Source: Piromyces finnis finn (taxonomy: Eukaryota > Fungi > Neocallimastigomycota). Taken from it: 64,000 nucleotides of DNA. Location: NCBI GenBank assembly GCA_002104945.1, contig MCFH01000007.1, forward strand, positions 496,001 to 560,000, written 5' to 3'. The notes beneath the pieces are model-generated. The model was not told the origin of the DNA. It saw nothing but the letters and a program-made list of their open reading frames with translations, and did no database searches. A program made the translations under genes and the position numbers. Below, in pieces: positions 57,445 to 64,000 of the stretch. The stretch's first letter is position 1. Each line of letters opens with the position of its first letter.

Positions 57445-57899
57445 TAATACAAATAAATAAATAAATAAATATAAAAATATAATTATATCAATATAAATAT
57501 GTTATAATTATTTATGATAATTTAATTTGGTCAATATAAATATGTTATAATTATTTATGATAATTTAATTTGGTTATTATCAAAGTAATTTTACTATTCG
57601 TATTTCGTATAATTATTAATATTATATGATATTATATTATATGATATTATATTATATTATTATTATTATTAGATAAAAATAGTCTTTATTTGAAAAAATT
57701 AAAAATGTATTAAATTTTTTTAAAAAAATTATAAAAATAACAAAAAAGATAAAGTATATTTTTTAAATAATATATATAATATGGTGATAGCTAAATAATT
57801 ACAATATTCATTAAAGAAAAAAAAGTAAAAAAAAAAAGAGTGGGTTATTTCGATGGAAAATTAAATCTATTTAAATATTTAATTATAATAATATTCATT

Positions 57900-60800
57900 T
57901 TAATTTCCATTGCTCTTTTTATTATTATTCATAAAATTTTGTTTAAATTGACCTAACTGTTGTTGTTGTTGTTGTTGTTGTTGAAATTGTTGTTGAGTTT
58001 GTGGTGGTAAAATAATAATCTTTTGATTTGTCTTGATATTCATTGGAGGAAGTTGACTAATATATTTATTTGGTGAAGATGTATTTGAGAAACTAGTATC
58101 ACTCACATTAGAGGATAATGGTATTGTTGGAGACTTGGCTCCCTTCTTCTTCTTATTTTTATTACTTTTGCCACTCTTACCACTCTTACCACTTTTGCCA
58201 CTCTTTCCACTTAAAGTACTTTCAGCAATAGAATCAGTATCTCTAGCAGCCAAAATATTTAATGGAGTTAATGGATTAATCATTAAGTTTGTATTTCTCA
58301 AAAGAGCAGCCTTTTTCTTTCTTTCTTCAACTTCATATTCTTCCCACTTTTTCAATGGAATAGTGGTAACGTCAAATTTCTTTGTTTCAGTACTTTCTGA
58401 ACTTTCATAACTACCACCACTACTGTTAACCTTTCTTGTTTCTCCCCATGAAAAATCATCAAAGTGCCAGAAGGCGTAAAGTGGTAAAACTAAATTCCAA
58501 ATTGGAAGAGCAAGTAAATAGATTAACATCCAAAGGACATAGACTAATTTACGAGAGGTTAATAAAATTAATACACCTGGTAAACCTAAAATTGCAATAA
58601 GCATCAAAATTGGAATAATTGGAGCTTCACCCTTAATTATAATAACTCCTAAAAGATATATTGTGAAACAAATAGCAGCTGGTAACACAACTGTACCAAA
58701 TAATTCTAAACCTACAACAAATTGCATAGAGAAACAAAAAGTACCACATAAATCCTTTACAAGAACTAATTCCATTAAATTATGAATAGTTGAGTTAATC
58801 CATCTACGACGTTGAGATAATAATACATTAAAACGATCTGGTACAATAGTTTTACATCTAGCTTGTGGAATAAAGACCATTTTTCTTCTTGGGAAAGTAT
58901 TTAACATTAAAGTAGAAAGGAAACGATCTTCACCCAATAATAATAAATTCTTTTTGTGAAGAGTGTCTACAATATTTTCAGAATATTCTTCAACAATATC
59001 AACATTTACTAAAATTGGAATACATTTATTTGGTTCATTCATTTTTGGTGCCTTAATTCTATACATACAAAAACAACCTGGAAGACAGGTAACACCACCA
59101 AATACAGATTCGAAAGCTTTACTTAAATGATGAGAAATGTAATATTCGAAAACTTGAATACAAGTAACCCAAGATGTTGTTTTATTGGCAATTCTAGTTT
59201 CACCACAAAGACCCATAATTTCAGTATCGTTACGCATAGCATTAACCATGTAAGAAAGGGAATCAGGTAATACCTTAGTATCAGCATCTACCATCATTAC
59301 TATTTCAAAATTGTCTGGGGTGACACCGGTAACATGATGTATCTTTGTAAAAAGTTCGTAATCTAATGGAGTCATACGATCATCGTAAAGAACACGACTT
59401 AAGAAGTTCATTAAAATAATTTGAGAATCACGTTTACCACGATTACCTGGTTTTGGAGAGTTACTTTCAGCAGGTGTACCACACTTTCCAACAATAATAA
59501 TTGGAACCGTGTGATCCTTGATTTGATAAGTACCAGCATATACTTTTGCCATATTATGTTGTTTTTCTCCTGTTGCAACAGCTAAGTAACTTTTTGGTTG
59601 AGCTTCACCTAAGGCTGGATCTTCATAAATCATTCTACGAGCTATTTCCGGTGTGCTTATATCATTACCAACACCAACAACTTCACCATCAGCAATAACG
59701 AAAATCAATTTTTTCTTATCATTATAGGTAGTGGAAGCAAGAGAGTTCAAAGTAGTTTGAAGACCTTCTTTACCTTCTGAATAGCAAGTAACTAAACAAA
59801 TAACATAAATATCACCATTACCACGAATTGAAACTTCGTATTCTAATGGATCAGCTTCTTTTCCTCCATACATACTATGCTTAGCAACTGTTAATTTATC
59901 CGCAATAAACCAACTGAAAATTAAGGCCATGAAGAAACGAGTTAAAACAACCCCTAAAATTGCAACGAGGAAAATTATCATAATGGTATTAGCCAAATAA
60001 CAACTTGGTGTTTTGGTATCAACAACACCAACAGTATATCTTTCTAATAAGCAATCCATTTGTTTTCTAGCATCTGGATACATGCTAACATCAAGACTTA
60101 TATCTCTACCAGCTCCACGTTCCAATACATTTAAAGTTTTAGAATTGAACATTTTTGAAAGTGTATTATTGGCAAGAATAGAAGTAATATTCATAACATG
60201 ACCATTATAAACAGTTAATCTTGTTTTTCCCGAATAATTATCTTCAATATCTTTCCATGAGAATGAAACTTTGGCATATTGTCTTCCACCTTTTAATGTA
60301 GATCTTGATATACATTTACCATTAAAAGCTTTTTCAGAAAATTTAGCTGGTGTAATAGAACAATCATTTAAAGTCCCTTCATCAATAATACCTTTACAAA
60401 CATCCTTGCACTTATTATCAGTACATGTTCTAAAAAGATTAGAAATATCTACTGTCTTATAGGAAACCCCAAGTTCCTTATTTGTTTGATTTTTAACTAC
60501 AGCATTAACATAATTGTATGAATACCAAATTCCATTAATAAGAACACTACTGTCATGTGTTACAATTTCACCTTTATCATCCTTCCAATTAAGATAAACA
60601 GAATTTTTTGATTCTCTACATAATAAAGGTTGAAGACCAAAAGTAAAGAAACCCATCAAAATCATCATTAAAAGAATAATTAAACATAATGTAACCTTTA
60701 ATTAAATAAGCATGATAATGTTTTTGTTTGATTGGTTTGTTTCGTTTCAATTTTTATACAAGGTTTATACAATAAAAATTGAAATGTAATTATAATATAT

Positions 60801-61946
60801 TTATAAAAATATATAACATTCATAGTTATTCAAAATAAAAATCGAAGCAATCAAGATTTTTTTAATAAATAATATAATAAAAAAATTAGACTTTGTATTT
60901 ATTTTAAAGCAACTCTATATTTTATATCAATACAAAATATTTATTTACCTTTTCTCTCCATGCTTGAATAACATTTTTATCAGTCATTCCACCTAATTTT
61001 AAACATGCTGAAAAAATACAACAAGTACAACATTTGGAAATTTTTACCCAAATTGAGTCCGATTTTTCTTGAATAATTGGATTATCAACATTAGCTCTTT
61101 CACTCTTGGTTGCACCTATTGATTTTATATTAAATAAATAATTTATAAGTTATCATATTTAATATCGCTTAAGTGAAAATGATTTTTACTTTTTATAAAA
61201 ATAACAGTTTTAAGCTTTTTATAATATTAAGTAAAAAAAAAAAAAAAAACCCATATTGTAAATCTATTACATGTATTCTTTTATAAAATTTATTTATAAA
61301 AAACACAATTCTATATTATAAATATTTTTGAAATACAAAGCTAACTCTATTCACATTTAAAGTTTTCCTTAAAAAATTAGTATTTACCTGTTCTTGCCAT
61401 TGGAGGTAATTCATAATTTTCACGCATGAAATTTCTACGACGTGTAGTTAATTGACGTTCAGGTCTTGATAAAGTATTTGCTTTCCTTATTGAACTAAAA
61501 TTGGAATTTTTTCTTGTTTCATTAGCATCAATACTAATTTTAAGATGAGATCTACTATCTTCTTCTTTTAAGTTACCACTAAATGCTGAATCTGGAGAAT
61601 TAGCTGAATTTATTTGGATAAAAGTATCTGAAGTTTCCTTTTGTACTAAATTTCTCACTGAAAAACCAGCCTCAGCAGCAATTGTTTTCTTACTTTTAAT
61701 ATTTGATTGAATCTTTGCTTCACTTTCTTTACTACTACCTGCAGCAACCTTATTTATATCTATTGTTAAATCATTTCTATCCTTTTTATTGGTTTTATCT
61801 AACTTGATTGAATCCAAACTAATTTCTTTATCGTCAATAATTTGTTCATATGTCTCATTTAAATTTTTGGGTTTTCTCTCAAGGGTATCTTGGTTGTAGT
61901 ACTTGTGAACAATTCCATATTCACCAGGTTGATAATGATTTGACAT
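57900..61946 (-). CDS. Chitin synthase, division 2 (class IV-like, no myosin motor); about 3 exons
   Basis: [78 protein letters not shown] and [12 protein letters not shown]. Exons about 61946-61386, 61117-60949 and 60695-57900. Confidence 0.95.
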
Positions 61947-64000
61947 TTTAATATTATACTCTAATTTATTACTTTTATAAAGGTTTTTATATTTGGTTTA
62001 TTGAATTTCTTATAATATTTAGGTTTTATTTAATTATTATTAGAAATATCATTTATTTTATAAAGAATTTATAATTAATAATTGAGACGTGAAAAAAAAA
62101 AAAATTCACTCTATTTCATTTACAGATATATGATTTTATTGTATAATTAAATGCTCTTTTTAATAACATTGAATTACAAATAATATTAAACAATTAAGAT
62201 TTTAAATTTTTTGTTGTTTAAAAAAATATTTAATTAATTATAAAAATATATAATATAAAATATTTAATACTAATTTTTATAATAAGAATACAATATATAT
62301 ATTATATAATAAAAAAATATTTACCTTATTTAAAAAAGCTCTAATATTATTGTTTTATTATAAGTCTTATATTTTTTATATCTCTACTATTTGCAAGTTA
62401 GAGCTATAATTATTCTTTTCTTTAAAATTTTTAATATTTGTTTTTTTTTTTACTTCTTTTTTGGTATTTAATTGAAGTTTTTTTTTTGTAATTTTTAATT
62501 TTTACTTCTATACTTTGATAGAATTTTATTATTTATTTGATTATTGATTTATTATTTTATTCATTTATTCTTCATTTATATAGAATATATAAAATATAAT
62601 GATTTTTATCAATATATTTCTGTTATTTATTTTTATAGTTTTAAAAATATATAAGAGTATATTTAATAAAAAAATATATATATTTTAATATATAGAATAT
62701 ATAATAAGATTATGTATTATAGTTAATAAAAATGATCTATTATTAATTGTTCATATATATATAATAAATAGAAAATAATAGAGGTTATTGATAAATAATA
62801 AAATATATATAACAAAAACTTTTTTTTTTATTTTGATGGTTATTGGTTATATGCTATAATCTATCCTTTTTTTTTTTAGATTTCGAAATATACTATGTTT
62901 TGTTATTTTTGTTGCTGTTATTACTTACTATAAACTATTGTTGTTACTGTTACTGTTGTTGTTGTTGTTGTTGTTTTAAATACTTTATATTTTTTAGTAT
63001 TGAATAAATAGATACATTTATTTCATTTTATTTCATTTTTTGTTTTTTTTTTAAATCTATATATAATTTTTTTTTTAAAAAAATTTTAAAGAAAATATAT
63101 TTTAGGGTTAAAAAGAAAACAGGTCCATTAATAAATATCTTTTAATTAATCAAAATGAATAAAAAAAAATTAATATTATTCTGTTTAAAACATATATATT
63201 ACAATATAATCATAATATATTAATTTAATTATCTAAAAACTGTTAAACTTTTTATTATTCTTTTATTTTTAGAATGAAAAAAACAAATAGAAATAAAGTT
63301 TGAAAGAAAATGTTTATACAAAAAGATTGCTGTTAGTAAAAAAAGAAAGAGTAAAAGAGTTTAGTTAAAAATAAAAATAATAATTATAATACTGAAAAAA
63401 ACCCTCTTAGTATTTTAATTGAAAAAGAGGATGTTATTAATATTATAATCATCAACTCTAAGGTAAATGATATTAATCTATAGATAATAATAATTATCTA
63501 TTATCAGCTATTATACTACGAAATAGTTAAATCTTTCTGGTTTACTGTGTTACTCTACATGGTTTAATTTTTTTGTTTTTATTATTATATTAAATAATAA
63601 TTATTTATCAATCTTTAATATATTAACAATCTATTGCAATATATGTAATAATTAAAATAGTTGAAACTATTATTTATTTTTTAAATATAATAAATTTATA
63701 AAATCAAACTGAATAATTAAATTTATTGGTTATTATATAAATACACAAGTCAATTATTAAACTAATTTACAATATATTATGAATTAATTGTATGAATATA
63801 AATAATATAATAAATTTAAATTAATAAATATAATCCACAACATTAATAATTATTTAAATGAAATAAACATAAACAACAAAAATTAATATAAACATTAATC
63901 AATAGTATTTTTTTTTTAAGCATTTCTTATAATAATAATGAAAGACGTTAAACTCCATTAAAGCTATTATGCTTTATTTAACAATGTAGGATACATAATT

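Noticed and set aside
57488-57575. 43-bp direct duplication downstream of the chitin synthase gene
   Set aside because: Two copies of AT-rich sequence, consistent with ordinary slippage.

Overview
Very AT-rich eukaryotic genomic DNA with many short GT-AG introns. Composition, gene content (IFT80, chitin synthase, MDM10) and (TTA)n tracts point to an anaerobic gut fungus (Neocallimastigomycota); this is inferred, not looked up. Conserved genes: KAE1, a RING-CH E3 ligase, a GT8, mannose-6-phosphate isomerase, INTS11, a p1-like subunit of the MTA1c 6mA methyltransferase, MDM10, IFT80, EMC8/9, DPH1 and a division-2 chitin synthase. The accessory core (21-35 kb) has two lectin-GT34 paralogs. Between them is a complete, young 5,468-bp LTR retroelement (24495-29962, minus sense) with 216-bp LTRs identical at 214/216, a GAAAC target-site duplication and a polypurine tract. 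It has no gag/pol and instead carries an intact, intronless phage-type GH24 lysozyme gene. Its primer-binding site matches the anticodon arm of tRNA-Lys(CUU), implying half-tRNA priming. It also contains three hairpins with different stems but one identical 12-nt loop, and a tRNA-Ala-derived SINE inserted at an internal copy of the polypurine tract. Separately, a ~410-nt structured intergenic island (7763-8170) has a layout resembling telomerase RNA, with a CUAAACCCU template-like motif. All structures were found by eye; no folding or database search was run.
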